Positions 1 through 10,036 of a stretch of DNA of 64,000 bases are shown here, one piece after another (within the stretch, counting starts at the first letter, position 1; every line of letters begins with the position of its first letter). This DNA comes from Acidobacteriota bacterium (GTDB lineage Bacteria; Acidobacteriota; CAIWXX01). The position numbers and the translations under genes are program-made. The stretch lies in assembly GCA_040755995.1 (NCBI GenBank), contig JBFMAF010000029.1, positions 1-64,000 on the forward strand, written 5' to 3'. The notes below the pieces were generated by a model. It was not told where the DNA came from. It saw nothing but the letters and a program-made list of their open reading frames with translations, and searched no databases.

Positions 1-129
1 CAGTCCGCGCCGCAAATAGCGGATGATCTATGACAAATCAACAGGTTGGAGAGACGGGCCGAGCTGGATTGGACCGAATCACCAACCCCAAAGCATGAGA
101 GGTGTAGTGTGAAACACGCTTCGGATGGC

Positions 130-690
130 GCGGCCGGTACGGCTGCCGCCACCGCCTCGGAGAATCGCTCCGCGGTCTGCCACTCATTGTCCCGCCGAAC
201 CTCATGGGCGGCCGGACGTTCGACGCCCGATTGCGCAAGCATGAGGTGGGCCAGCTCGTAGAGGAGTGTGAATGGCCTCGACGATGCAATCTCCCTGCTG
301 TTCACGCCGATCACCGGGAGCGGATGGGCGAAGAGAGTCGTTCCACGCACCTCCCCAACAGGGACTCCAGGAAACTGGAATACGAGCACGCCGAGCTTCT
401 CAGCACGATCCCTCCACGCTCGCCATGTCCTGTGCTCATCTCTCCACCTCAGTTGTTCTTCGACGGCGATCCCAGTCGCCTGCCGCAGCCTTTCACCCAC
501 TTTCTCCGTGCCCTCCGGGAGTCGAGCGCTGAGGGTAAGCGCCGGTACTTCCTCCTCGTTCTCCTCCAGGAGTTCGAGTGCGAATTCGCGGCGCCGCCGC
601 AGACCTCAGAGCACAAACCGCGAAATGCAAGGCTGGCGGCTGGCGCAAAGGCGAGTCGGACATGCCGTCAATTCTCAGATGACCTTGTAC
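130..690 (-). pseudogene. ImmA/IrrE-family metallopeptidase fragment
   Basis: Manual minus-strand translation (absent from the ORF track because the frame runs off the window): RRREFALEL..WRAWRDRAEKLGVLVFQFP..EVRG..PVIGVNSRE..FTLLYELAH..AERFSEAVAA. HExxH reads YELAH; a stop/frameshift near 605; no XRE N-terminus. Confidence 0.7.
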
Positions 691-747
691 CCTTGGGTGA
701 GCGGGGTTGCGCGAGCAGTCCCGCCCTCCTCGGGGCCGCTGCGTCCG

Positions 748-1317
748 CTACTCTTGGAACAGATCCGCCACCGGGACGGCGAATCCCGGAAGAACCTCGT
801 CGGCCGCAAGAACGTCGGCCGGGCCGAACGCACTGACCCGGGTGATGGAGCGGTAGGCGTAGACGGTCCGTGATGCGGGATCGGCGACCCAGATGACCAG
901 GACGCCGATCCTGAAATACTCATCGAGCTTCTTCATCACCTCGCTCCAGCGATCATCCGGTGACATGATCTCGACGATGAGCTCCGGAGCGACATCGAGG
1001 AAGCCATGCGGCGACCTGCGCCGCGAAAGCCGGTCGTGGGAGATGTAAGCCACATCCGCTCCTCTCACGCTGTCCGGATTTCGTGCCGTGAAGATGCCGA
1101 CCTCGCCCACGACGACCCTCCCCAAATCGTGCTGTTTGACGAAAGACCTGATCCGTTCGCCGAAGTTCATCTCGAAACAGCCGTGTGCATATCCCGTCGG
1201 GCTCATGCGGACCAGCCTCCCATCGACGAGCTCACATCTTCCGATGTCTCCCATTGCCAGCAGCTCGTCCCCCCTCACCAGTGTCTCAGTTTCCGAGACG
1301 GCGAACTGTGATGCCAT
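748..1317 (-). CDS. Uma2/DUF820-family PD-(D/E)xK endonuclease
   Basis: ELVDGRLVRMSP..HG..RGADVAYI..APELIVEIMSPDD..KLDEYFRIGV..IWVADP..VLPGFAVPVADLF; ATG at 1317 preceded by AGGTGG. Confidence 0.9.
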   Translation of the reverse strand: MASQFAVSETETLVRGDELLAMGDIGRCELVDGRLVRMSPTGYAHGCFEMNFGERIRSFVKQHDLGRVVVGEVGIFTARNPDSVRGADVAYISHDRLSRRRSPHGFLDVAPELIVEIMSPDDRWSEVMKKLDEYFRIGVLVIWVADPASRTVYAYRSITRVSAFGPADVLAADEVLPGFAVPVADLFQE

Positions 1318-1541
1318 CTTTCCACCTTGCCTGGCCTCAATATAGCGTACGGCGTGCCCAGGGGCAACTGGCCACGCACGTCCACGTCCGGGCGAGCCAA
1401 CCTGCCGCCGACGCCCGGCAGTGCCCAGCTTTGCAGCCGGCAGAGCCGTGACGTACGGAGGCGGAGTACGCGGAGTGCTGGCGCTGGCCTTGCGAGGGAC
1501 CGGCGTGGTAGTGTATTCGAGAAGGGGGCGGTCCGTGCAAC

Positions 1542-1670
1542 ATGATTGAGAGATACGATCCACTCCACGATCCCGGTCCGGGCAAATGGCTGGCGAAAGA
1601 CGAAATTGAGCGCATCGCGTTGGTCGAAGAGTATCACGGGCGCGCACGCATCTGTTTGCCGGACGCTTTC
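1542..1670 (+). pseudogene. N-terminal fragment of a small hypothetical protein
   Basis: MIERYDPLHDPGPGKWLAKDEIERIALVEEYH..ARICLPD is protein-like and is cut by the repeat starting at 1671. Confidence 0.4.
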
Positions 1671-1847
1671 GTGTTGCTGTGCTCAATCCAGGCTTCACCA
1701 GTTGAGTCGATGACGATGTGACCGGCAGCCGTGAGTGTTTCGCCCATTAACTCCCTCCTCGATCGAGCATAGCACGCCAGAGATGGACGGAGAACTTGCG
1801 GTTGCCGGCCAGCCGGCCAGCCGACCTCGAGCGGGCGCAGCCCCTGC
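1671..1847. repeat. ~170-bp imperfect direct repeat, copy 1 (DUF433 promoter, RBS and 5' end)
   Basis: Near-identical by eye to 9445-9613. Confidence 0.9.
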
Positions 1848-1855
1848 GCGAGGTG

Positions 1856-2161
1856 CTCGTGGGTTTCACGAAGAACCTCGAGGTAGTCGGCGTCGGCTAC
1901 AAGATCTCGAAGAAGGGCAATGCGATCGTCTTCAGTCTAGGCTACAGCCATCCCATTGAGTTTCCGTTGCCCGAAGGGATCTCTGCGACGCTCGACGAGA
2001 AGGGCGCCAAGATAGCGATCATCGGAGCCGACAAGCAGCTAGTCGGACAGATCGCCGCAAACATCCGCCGCCTGCGCCCGCCCGATCCCTACAAGAACAA
2101 GGGCATCCGTTACGCCGGCGAGGTCCTGAAGAAGAAGGCAGGCAAGACCGGTACGAAGTAG
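1856..2161 (+). pseudogene. rplF: C-terminal half of 50S ribosomal protein L6, orphan fragment
   Basis: LEVVGVGYK..LGYSHPIEF..GADKQLVGQIAANIRRLRPPDPYKNKGIRY..KKKAGKT; the N-terminal half and the spc-operon neighbours are missing. Confidence 0.9.
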
Positions 2162-2498
2162 GCGCAGCTAGTACGGTTTATCGCTATGGCGCCCTCGGGC
2201 GTGCTCCCGTACCTGGTCTCACTCGAGTGCCACCCTCTTCATCGAAGCGCTGCGGCATGCGCGCGTGTGAGCCCGGAGTCTGCTATCTTGCCGATGTCCA
2301 GACGATCCTGTGCCGGCGTTGATCAAAATGACCACTTCTCCTGCCGCATCATCTCCAGGAAGCGGGGTCGTCTTTCTCGCCATGAACGACGAAAGGGTCT
2401 AGCTCAGTGCGAGGAAGTTGCGGGAGGTGGAGGAGCTGGCCGTCGCCGTTGCCTGCTCTATGGCTGGCGAACGGAAATTCGCTGCCCTGCTGCGGCTG

Positions 2499-2972
2499 TC
2501 ACTCGGCTGACCCGCGAGGATCGATGACTGCCGGGCCTGTGGGGCCCTGCGAGTGGCCGATGCCCAGGCCGTTGTAGGCAATCCCGCAGTCGTTCTCTGC
2601 AGGTCCGACAGGGCCCTGCGAGTGGCTGATGTTCATCTCGGCCGGCGCGGCATCCGTCTGCGCTCCAGTCCCACCGCCCTCCTGCTCGCCCAGCCGCGCC
2701 TCCGCAGCCTTGGCCACGTCCGCGATAGCCTTCGGCGTATAGTGAGCCGACTTCCAGGTGTCGGCCAGGCCCTGCTGTACCTGCCGTTCTGCGGCCCTCG
2801 CATCCGCCTGCGCCAACTCGATCACATTCGGTTTCGGACGCTCGAAAAGCACCGACTTCTCCTGCCTGTCAAGCACCGATCCACCACCCTTGGGTCTCGC
2901 AACCTGGCCGCCTGTCGCGGCGGCAGGGGCTGTACCAGAGTGTGGCTTGCTACCTCCGACTGGGCCTATCAT
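2499..2972 (-). CDS. hypothetical low-complexity protein with a duplicated HSQGPxGP motif
   Basis: 157-aa ORF with an AGGAG RBS; no family recognised. Confidence 0.6.
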   Translation of the reverse strand: MIGPVGGSKPHSGTAPAAATGGQVARPKGGGSVLDRQEKSVLFERPKPNVIELAQADARAAERQVQQGLADTWKSAHYTPKAIADVAKAAEARLGEQEGGGTGAQTDAAPAEMNISHSQGPVGPAENDCGIAYNGLGIGHSQGPTGPAVIDPRGSAE

Positions 2973-3418
2973 TTCAAATCTCCTTGCCCTCCCGGGCTGA
3001 TGCGAGGCGACGCTGGCCTTTCATCCGCGTTCGACTCATGACCATCGTTCCTCCTATGGATTAACGCGGGAATTCGCCGGCAACCCTATCGTGGAGGCAT
3101 ATCCCGGATCGGGTGCAAGAAGAGGGGTCAGGCATAGGACATGCGCAGGCGGCGGGTATGGTCTCGGTCCACTTGTCTGTTCGAGTTCGGAGACGCAGAG
3201 CATCTCCTATCGCGCAAGGGGAAACGAGACACGCTCCAGTACGGTTGGTCTTTCAAGTCGTTCACGGCGGTGATCATTTCGCACACCGTATGCGGGGAAG
3301 TAGTCTGAATAATAGCCGTCGGGCGGATGAACCTGAACGAACATCTTAGTCCTCAGTGAGCGCGCCTCTCCGGCCCCCTCGGTGCAAGCCCGTCCGGTGT
3401 GACTGTGGTGCGCGCGTC

Positions 3419-4900
3419 TTATCGCGTCGAAGGGGTGAACTTGATGACACGGTCGAGGACAAGCTCCGCGTAGGTAGCTCCCACCATGGTCGACTTCTCG
3501 AGGTAGGCGCGGCACGCCACGAGCATGCCCTGATCCTCGGGTATTCCGCCCTCCGAGCAATCGTACTCGACCTCGATGCAATAAGGATCGTTGCCGCAAT
3601 GGCCCGGCCGCATGATCTTCCAGGCGTAGAGGTCCTGAACATCGGAGTCGTGCGGGAGATAGTATGCCGCGCTGCCCGGGAATTCGTCGTTGCGGATAGA
3701 GGCTGCGCCCACCAAGAGATCCCCGCCGGTTACGGTGAAATTGGAGTAGCTTGCCTTGCCCATGGCAGCGTGATTGACGCCATAGACAATGACGAATTCA
3801 TCCTCTCCAAGAAGGAACTTGCTCTGAGGGCTGTTGCCTATGTAGGCGGCGTCCCGGTTGTCGCCCAGGCAGTCCTGATTCCTCTGAATGCAGTTGTAGC
3901 CTTCCATCAAGTTCGCGGTGGGCAGTTCCGCGGGCTCATATTCCGGCGTGTACCTGGCCAAGATGGCCCTCCTCAGATCTTCTACCACCGGCAGCAGATC
4001 CAGCTCCGTCCTCCCGGTCCCGCGCACTCGCAGTCTCGGTACCGGGTACGGATCGAGCTTGTTGGGCGGCGTGGCCTTCTTTGGAGTCAGTCGCCAGACG
4101 GTCCCGGGATTTTCTATGTAGGCATGGATGGCCGGCAGAGTCGGATCGTCCGTCGCCATGCGCACCGCAAACGTACAGCTATCGTCCGATTGGTCAATGC
4201 CGAGGTTGACGATCTCGGATGGAATGACATCGATGTTGATGATGCCTGCAGGGTATTCGGCCCGGAGAAGGGCTGCCTTCACGGTGGAGGCGATCTGCTT
4301 GTCGGATGTCGTGATGATGATCGTGTCCTTGGAGAACGGATCCTCAGCGGTCCCTGAGCACTTGATGGTCATGTTGTTGATCGTGTCGTGCAGGCTTGCA
4401 AAGACCTCGTGAGACCGCTTCTTCATCGACGGCAGAAGAGGGCACGGGGTTTCGGAAGGCGGAGTCCCAGCGCGATCGTAGAGGTAGCTCACAAAACCGA
4501 AGTACTTCATCTTCGGCGGCGTGATCCCGATGAGCACGATGGCCTCGTCGGCCCGCAGCCGCCAGCACATAGATCGGTTCGGTTGCTGTGCGCTCGAGAA
4601 ACTCTCAGCCAATGGATTCAACGCCGTCTGCCCTGGTGCGGCAGGTAGAATGTACACTCCATAAGTACTGGAGGCGTTGTTGCCCCAGCAGCTCGGCAGC
4701 TTGCAGCTGCAGCACATCGGGATGAGGTCCGGGAAACTGAGCGAGCCTTGGTTGTACTGGAACCCCTCCGACTTGATCTCGTCGAGGAACTTCTGGAGGT
4801 CGCCAGCATGTCCCTTGCCAGCGCCGAAGGAAAGGATAAGAGCCAAAACTAGTGATGATGCCCCCGCGAGACCCATGATTCGCCCGGCTTCTCTTTGCAT
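3419..4900 (-). CDS. secreted Cys-containing hypothetical protein
   Basis: 493-aa ORF, AGGAGG RBS, N-terminal signal peptide ending ..GKGHA, host-like codon usage. Confidence 0.8.
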   Translation of the reverse strand: MQREAGRIMGLAGASSLVLALILSFGAGKGHAGDLQKFLDEIKSEGFQYNQGSLSFPDLIPMCCSCKLPSCWGNNASSTYGVYILPAAPGQTALNPLAESFSSAQQPNRSMCWRLRADEAIVLIGITPPKMKYFGFVSYLYDRAGTPPSETPCPLLPSMKKRSHEVFASLHDTINNMTIKCSGTAEDPFSKDTIIITTSDKQIASTVKAALLRAEYPAGIINIDVIPSEIVNLGIDQSDDSCTFAVRMATDDPTLPAIHAYIENPGTVWRLTPKKATPPNKLDPYPVPRLRVRGTGRTELDLLPVVEDLRRAILARYTPEYEPAELPTANLMEGYNCIQRNQDCLGDNRDAAYIGNSPQSKFLLGEDEFVIVYGVNHAAMGKASYSNFTVTGGDLLVGAASIRNDEFPGSAAYYLPHDSDVQDLYAWKIMRPGHCGNDPYCIEVEYDCSEGGIPEDQGMLVACRAYLEKSTMVGATYAELVLDRVIKFTPSTR

Positions 4901-5134
4901 CTCAGATCCTCCTTGTAGTGGCGATTCTCAAGAAGGGACGCTCTTGCCCCTCCGACCATGCACAGAGCATTTCTCCCTCCAACCCGGTTTTCTCATGGCT
5001 GCGGCCTAGCATACTGTATCGTTTCCAGCTTGTATACCAGACAAGGCTATGGCCACCCTGTGCTCGGCAACTGTGGCAGAGTGATGTCTGCGTCTCACTG
5101 TCATGGCAAGGACAGGTGCAGAGTGTTCGAGAGA

Positions 5135-5563
5135 CTACTTCTGCCTGGGGCCAGGACGCGCGATGAAGCGGTGTGTGAAATCGGAATCGAGGGCGAGGGC
5201 CTCGCGTATGCCGAGCCTCTCCATCAGCACGAAGCTCGTGCAGTCAGTGAAGCTGTATTCCTTGTCCTGGTGGCGCTTGAAGTATTCGAATGCCTCACGT
5301 TCCTCCTCGGCCGTCACGTGATGGACGCGCGCGATCTTCTCGGCGAAGAGATACTCGCCAGCCTTCACCGCGGCCGCATGGATCCGCGGAGGCGTGGTGC
5401 GGATGAGCGTGATCGTCTCGCCGATGACGAGGTTGGTCGTGAAGAAAAGATCCTTGAGCCGACGGCGTCCACGGTAGGACTCGAACACATCTCGGACGCG
5501 CGCATGGTCGACGTCCTCCTCAGAGAAAAGCGGATAGAGGAAGCTCGTATCGAGGAAGATCAT
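5135..5563 (-). CDS. vapC: VapC-like PIN-domain toxin
   Basis: IFLDTS..SFTDCTSF.LM..ALDSDF PIN motifs; 4-bp overlap with the upstream gene. Confidence 0.9.
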   Translation of the reverse strand: MIFLDTSFLYPLFSEEDVDHARVRDVFESYRGRRRLKDLFFTTNLVIGETITLIRTTPPRIHAAAVKAGEYLFAEKIARVHHVTAEEEREAFEYFKRHQDKEYSFTDCTSFVLMERLGIREALALDSDFTHRFIARPGPRQK

Positions 5564-5787
5564 CGGTGATAGAGGTGCTTGTCGTGCTGTTCGCCGACGG
5601 GCTCCTTGAGCCCGCCCTTTATGAAGCCGATCAGCTCATCGGCTGCCTTCCAGCCCGTGGGATCGTCGTCATCCTCGGGGGCAGGCGTGGGGATCAGCAC
5701 CTCGACCTCCGCGTGCTCTTCGAGTCGGACTGGTTCGACCGGCTTGAAGACGCCGTCCTCGTAGATCGCCTTGACCGCTGTTGTCAT
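5560..5787 (-). CDS. DUF104/AF2212-like antitoxin
   Basis: VKAIYEDGVFKPVEPVRLEE..VEV signature; coupled to the PIN gene. Confidence 0.85.
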   Translation of the reverse strand: MTTAVKAIYEDGVFKPVEPVRLEEHAEVEVLIPTPAPEDDDDPTGWKAADELIGFIKGGLKEPVGEQHDKHLYHR

Positions 5788-5937
5788 CTCATCACCTGGA
5801 TATCGATTCTACCACCCCGCAGGTCTGTTCAGTAGCCTCCAGTTTGGCTGCATAGGGTATGCAACAGTTAGCACGGAACTGTCGTAGGGGGACGGATACG
5901 AAACCCTGTGAATTCCGACTCTGCCGGAGGCGATGCA

Positions 5938-6519
5938 ATGCGGGAATTCCGAGTAGCCTGGCGCGGGGTTGATCTCTACGATTCCATCGAAGACGACGGC
6001 ATGGCTCTCACGGCACGGGCCTGCCATCACATTGCCTGCGAGATCGTATCGTCTATCGGCAGTTCCATCAGGGACCACGTCCCCGAAGCGTGGCGGGAGG
6101 ACAGTTGGGCCTCACTCGAGTTTCAGAACCTCGGCCAAAGGGTTCGCTGCGTTCTGGCGCTGCGAGACGAGAACGACTACTCCGTCAGCGTCGGTTGCGT
6201 AAAGGGTATGTTTCGGTCACTGATAGGCCGAAAAGCGCCGCGTGAAGTCATGCATCAATGTATTGAGGACCTGGTTCCGCCGATTGCGCTGCGGGACAAG
6301 AGCGATCGATGGTGGCGGGAAGTCAAGGCGAGCGACGACTTCTTCGACCGGCTGTTCCAGGCCTTCTACGACAAGCTCGGGCTTCCTAATCTGATGAGGA
6401 AGACCGATTACCATGTCCTGGCCAGATTCATGCCCCCTGACGAGATCGATCAGGAAGTCACGAATGTACTGGACATGATCCTCGATGTTGCGAAGAGGGC
6501 GAAGGTGCCGCCAGCGTGA
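5938..6519 (+). CDS. hypothetical protein, probably chimeric
   Basis: GGAGG RBS; the C-terminal half (LVPPIAL..WW..KASDDF.DRLF..NLMRKTDYH) resembles the tail of AAA/OLD-type ATPase proteins and the N-terminal half looks unrelated. Confidence 0.45.
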   Translation: MREFRVAWRGVDLYDSIEDDGMALTARACHHIACEIVSSIGSSIRDHVPEAWREDSWASLEFQNLGQRVRCVLALRDENDYSVSVGCVKGMFRSLIGRKAPREVMHQCIEDLVPPIALRDKSDRWWREVKASDDFFDRLFQAFYDKLGLPNLMRKTDYHVLARFMPPDEIDQEVTNVLDMILDVAKRAKVPPA

Positions 6520-6694
6520 GTGGCTCGGCTCTGACAAAGGCGGCCGTTGGGGGTCGCATTGCCTGGGCCTGCGACTCCTCGGGACCGCAACTCCAATCGT
6601 GTCATCGACACGTGGGACGAGCGAGACTAGGTCCCGCGGGTCTTGGTGTGCCGCAGTCGATTCAATGGGCCGAGCCCGAGGAGGTGAGAATACG

Positions 6695-7129
6695 ATGCAA
6701 GACGATGAAATCCAAGAGGCGCCCCTCCGTGTCATTGAGGTCGCGGGGAGATGGAATGCGTTCGACGGGCCGGCGATCACATCAGATCTTCGCACCCACC
6801 GGACTCTCTGGCGGACCGCCATGCTTGTGGGACCACCGACTGAGGTGTTTCTCGACGCGGAAACACATGACCTCATTCGGGCCAACCATGACTACTCCGC
6901 TCATCGAGGAATACCCGATGTGCTATACGGCTTCGATACCCTCCAGCTCACCCCGGCGATTGGCTTGGAGGACGCACTTGAGAGCCTTGCCCGCAAATGG
7001 GGGGCAGACGACCAGCGCTGGATCGGTCTTCCCAGAGCGGCCTCAGCACTGGACTTCGAGGACGAAGCTGCATACGTCCGGGCTGGAGGAGACCCCAGAA
7101 GAGTGTTGCTTGAATTGTGGTGGGACTGA
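6695..7129 (+). CDS. hypothetical protein ending LELWWD
   Basis: GGAGGTG RBS; 144 aa. Confidence 0.6.
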   Translation: MQDDEIQEAPLRVIEVAGRWNAFDGPAITSDLRTHRTLWRTAMLVGPPTEVFLDAETHDLIRANHDYSAHRGIPDVLYGFDTLQLTPAIGLEDALESLARKWGADDQRWIGLPRAASALDFEDEAAYVRAGGDPRRVLLELWWD

Positions 7130-7339
7130 CCGAGAATTCCGGCTTCCGTCGGCTTGCCTCAGAACGCCGTGTCGCAACGGCTTCATGGGCGAGACCATCT
7201 GCCTGAACGATTCGACTGCCCTCGGTCATCCGTGACGAACTGGTGGTGAACCCTCCTCGGACCAACGAACGCAACTCAATAGAAGTCCCCAAGGTCAACA
7301 ACGGACTGCCCCAGGATTCCTTCAAGCGTCCCACGAAGC

Positions 7340-7522
7340 TCACGGTGAATGGTTGGCGGCCGGTTGCTTTCGGGCAGGCACTTGCCACAGTCTATCACGG
7401 GCGCGAAGCGGCTGGCCCTTCGCAGTGAGGGCCTCAACAAGCGCCCGGGCCGGTCCCGCGATCACCTCCACGACCGGACCCACCGTGACGAGATTTGGAA
7501 CTTGACTCGTGAAGGATGGCAT
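7340..7522 (-). pseudogene. truncated clan-AA aspartyl-protease-like gene (N-terminus only)
   Basis: MPSFTSQVPNL..VGPVVEV..LTAKGQP; ends before any DTG motif; directly follows the DUF5678-like gene. Confidence 0.5.
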
Positions 7523-7524
7523 GA

Positions 7525-7764
7525 CTACACAGCAATCTGGAAGGAGGTGAAGTAGCTCGGCACCTCGATCTCCACCACCTCCTTCACCAGGAAGGGTTGA
7601 TTCCCATATTCCTCGTAACCGCGCTTGAGCGCGTCTTCTCTGCTCGCGAACACATCGACCACTTACTCTCCCTTTACCAGGACAAACCTCCCCTTGGCAC
7701 TGCCCAGCAATTCCAGGCGGTGCGCTACGTACGTCTTGAGCTCTTCATCGAGCACGCTGGCCAT
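7525..7764 (-). pseudogene. DUF5678-like small protein with an internal TAA
   Basis: Manual translation MASVLDEELKTYVAHRLELLGSAKGRFVLVKGE*VVDVFASREDALKRGYEEYGNQPFLVKEV; TAA at 7663-7665; GGAGG RBS. Confidence 0.7.
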
Positions 7765-7995
7765 GACGACCTCCCTTGCTCTTCTGTCTCCTGGAGTCAT
7801 TATAACCCCAGCCTATTCTCCCTTGCCAGTTCCCCGTCGTGCGGCTCCGTGGCCACGCGAGGTCTTGCGGTTGCTGGGAGTCCGGGGCGTGGGCCAAGAG
7901 GGGCACTGGCGCTACCCTGGGAATCCGGTCCACGCCCACGCGGCCACGCGGTCGGACATCTGTGTGAACCTCAGCGCTCTGCCAGATTGCAGAAT

Positions 7996-8103
7996 ATGGA
8001 TTTGCAGTGGGATCACGGGAAGGCCGCGCGGAACCTCGCAGAGCACGCCGTGGACTTCCATGAAGCGGCGACGGTCTTCGGCGCTTCGTTGTCTGCCACA
8101 GGT
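7996..8103 (+). pseudogene. BrnT toxin N-terminal fragment
   Basis: MDLQWDHGKAARNLAEHAVDFHEAATVF parallels the intact BrnT genes at 12238 and 47829. Confidence 0.75.
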
Positions 8104-8124
8104 CGACGGAAACGGAGGAGCACA

Positions 8125-8875
8125 ATGACGCACTCGTACCGGCAATATGATCCGAACCTGCGATTTGCTGATACGACCGGCGGTGTTGCTGTGCCGCTGC
8201 TCTACGTTTCGCCAACCCAGTACATCCAATCGCCCGGCGCTATCCATCGTCTGGGTGAATTCCTGGCCGACCTCATCGGCCCCGACGCGCGCGTCGGCCT
8301 CCTTATCACGCCAGGCCGACGACGTGCACTCTTCGCTGCAGTTGCTGACAGCCTGCGACGGGCGCGTCTTGCCATGACCGATGCCACGTTTGCAGGCGAA
8401 TCAACACTCAGTGAAGTGGAACGGGTTACGGCTGTTTTCGGGGAGCAGCCGGTCAACGCTGTTGTCGGCATCGGCGGTGGCAAATGCCTGGATACGGCAC
8501 GGATGGCAGCGAACCGGCTGGGCACGCGCGCAGTGACGATTCCCACGACGGCTTCGACAGATGCTCCGACTGCTGCCGTTTCGGTGATCTACCGTGAAGG
8601 CGGCGTATTCGACGGGGTGGAATACAGCCACACGAATCCCTTGCTTGTGTTGGCCGATGAGACTGTTCTGGCTGATGCGCCACCACGCTATCTGGTGGCT
8701 GGGATGGGCGATGCATTCTCTACGTACTATGAAGCGCGATGCTGCATGGAGAATCCATCGGCTCGTACCGGGCGGGGCGCCCGCCCGACGATGTGCGCGC
8801 TCGCTATTGCCTCTCAATGCCGCGAACAACTTCTGACCCATGGCGTGGCTGCGCTGCAGGAACTGCACGACGGAC
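8125..8875 (+). pseudogene. gldA: glycerol dehydrogenase (iron-containing ADH family), C-terminally truncated
   Basis: GIGGGKCLDTA, IPTTASTDAP, APPRYLVAGMGDA motifs; similarity stops near 8875, before the metal-binding His residues. Confidence 0.85.
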
Positions 8876-9204
8876 GGCCCGTTCCGGAGTTCATCAGGCC
8901 TGGCTGCCTTCCCGATCAGCTCCAAATCCTCCACGATCTGTCCGATCGTGGCGCGCTTCTGATGAGCGTACACAACGCCCTCAAAGGGAATCCCGAGCTC
9001 TTGCCTTCGCGCAGCTTCGGACAGCAGGTCGGAGTCCTGAGAGAACACGACACGGCCGAGTTCTTTCGCTCGATCCAGCAGTCTGCTGTCATCGATTCCC
9101 GTTCTTCCGTCAGCCTGTGCGGTCAAAGCATCGACCTGGCGGAGGCGCAGCGCCTCGGTCACGGCGCGAGGAACATGCTCGTCCATGTAGAACCGGACGC
9201 TCAC
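8870..9204 (-). CDS. DUF5615 PIN-like toxin; native stop lost at the junction
   Basis: VRFYMDEHV..DDSRLL..RVVFSQDSDL..GVVYAHQ..IGQIVEDLELI; the frame runs on antisense to gldA to 8401. Confidence 0.8.
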
Positions 9205-9521
9205 TTGAGGCGCCCTTCAGCCTTCAATCGGGCGACAAGTGGGGACGCGCCTTGATGTAGCCTGCGCGCATCGACCTCGTCGCCTTCGCGGCTGATCCTC
9301 TCATCCATCTCCCTCTTGTGGTCGTAGTAATACGCAAGAGCGGCGTGGATCTGTGCCATGGACACCTGGCCATAGTGCTGGTAGTGGATCTCCTCTGGGC
9401 TCCAGCCGTGAGCAAGATGGTCTAGTGCGATTTCGACCACTTTTGTGTTGCTATGCTCAATCCAGGCTTCACCTGTGGAGTCGATGACGATGTGACCGGC
9501 AGGCGCGAGTGTTTCGCCCAT
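9201..9521 (-). CDS. DUF433 antitoxin
   Basis: KVVEIA..GWSPEEI..QIHAALAYYYDH; GTGA overlap with DUF5615. Confidence 0.9.
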   Translation of the reverse strand: MGETLAPAGHIVIDSTGEAWIEHSNTKVVEIALDHLAHGWSPEEIHYQHYGQVSMAQIHAALAYYYDHKREMDERISREGDEVDARRLHQGASPLVARLKAEGRLK

Positions 9522-9613
9522 TAACTCCCTCCTCGATCGAGTATAGCACGCCGGAGATGGACCGAGAACTTGCGGTTGCCAGCCAGCCGGCCTCGAGCGG
9601 GCGCAGCCGCTGC
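9445..9613. repeat. ~170-bp imperfect direct repeat, copy 2
   Basis: Matches 1671-1847. Confidence 0.9.
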
Positions 9614-9744
9614 CACGTGATGACCTGGCGGGCATTCTGTCGCACGGCTTCGCAGAGCGGCTGTTTCCTCCGGAGCGCCATCTCATTCCGGGCATCGACG
9701 ATTTCTACGAAGTCGAGCTCGCTTTCTACGAGAACCAGATCCTC

Positions 9745-9856
9745 GTCGGGGATCCAGATCAACGCCGATCCCTCGATGGAAGACGGCGACGGGATCACCA
9801 CCGGGGCGGTGATCGAACGAAACCGCGTCTATGAAAACGGACGGCAGGGCGGCGCC
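9745..9856 (+). pseudogene. internal fragment of a right-handed beta-helix protein
   Basis: SGIQINADPSMEDGDGITTGAVIERNRVYENGRQGGA. Confidence 0.55.
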
Positions 9857-10006
9857 GTTGAAGATCTCCCGCAGGTGTTGCTCGTGCACGTTGCCGCTCA
9901 CGAAATCGCCGCGGCCATCGATGATGCTGCAAACGACCTCGCCATTCGCATGGACGCAGGCCGTCTCGAATGCGTGCCGGCATCGAAGAGCCTTGGTTTG
10001 CTTCAC
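9850..10006 (-). pseudogene. SPASM/twitch-domain fragment
   Basis: C.HAF....VHANGEVVC......F.SGNVHEQ.L.EIFNG. Confidence 0.65.
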
Positions 10007-10036
10007 AAAACGCCCGGATGCGCCTGGAAGATCGGC

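Noticed and set aside
7663..7665. In-frame stop in the DUF5678-like gene as recoding
   Set aside because: It is TAA, not UGA/UAG, with no recoding hairpin; the partner gene is also truncated.
7597..9255. 552-aa ORF as one real protein
   Set aside because: Accidental read-through of antisense DUF5678, a BrnT stub, truncated gldA and antisense DUF5615.
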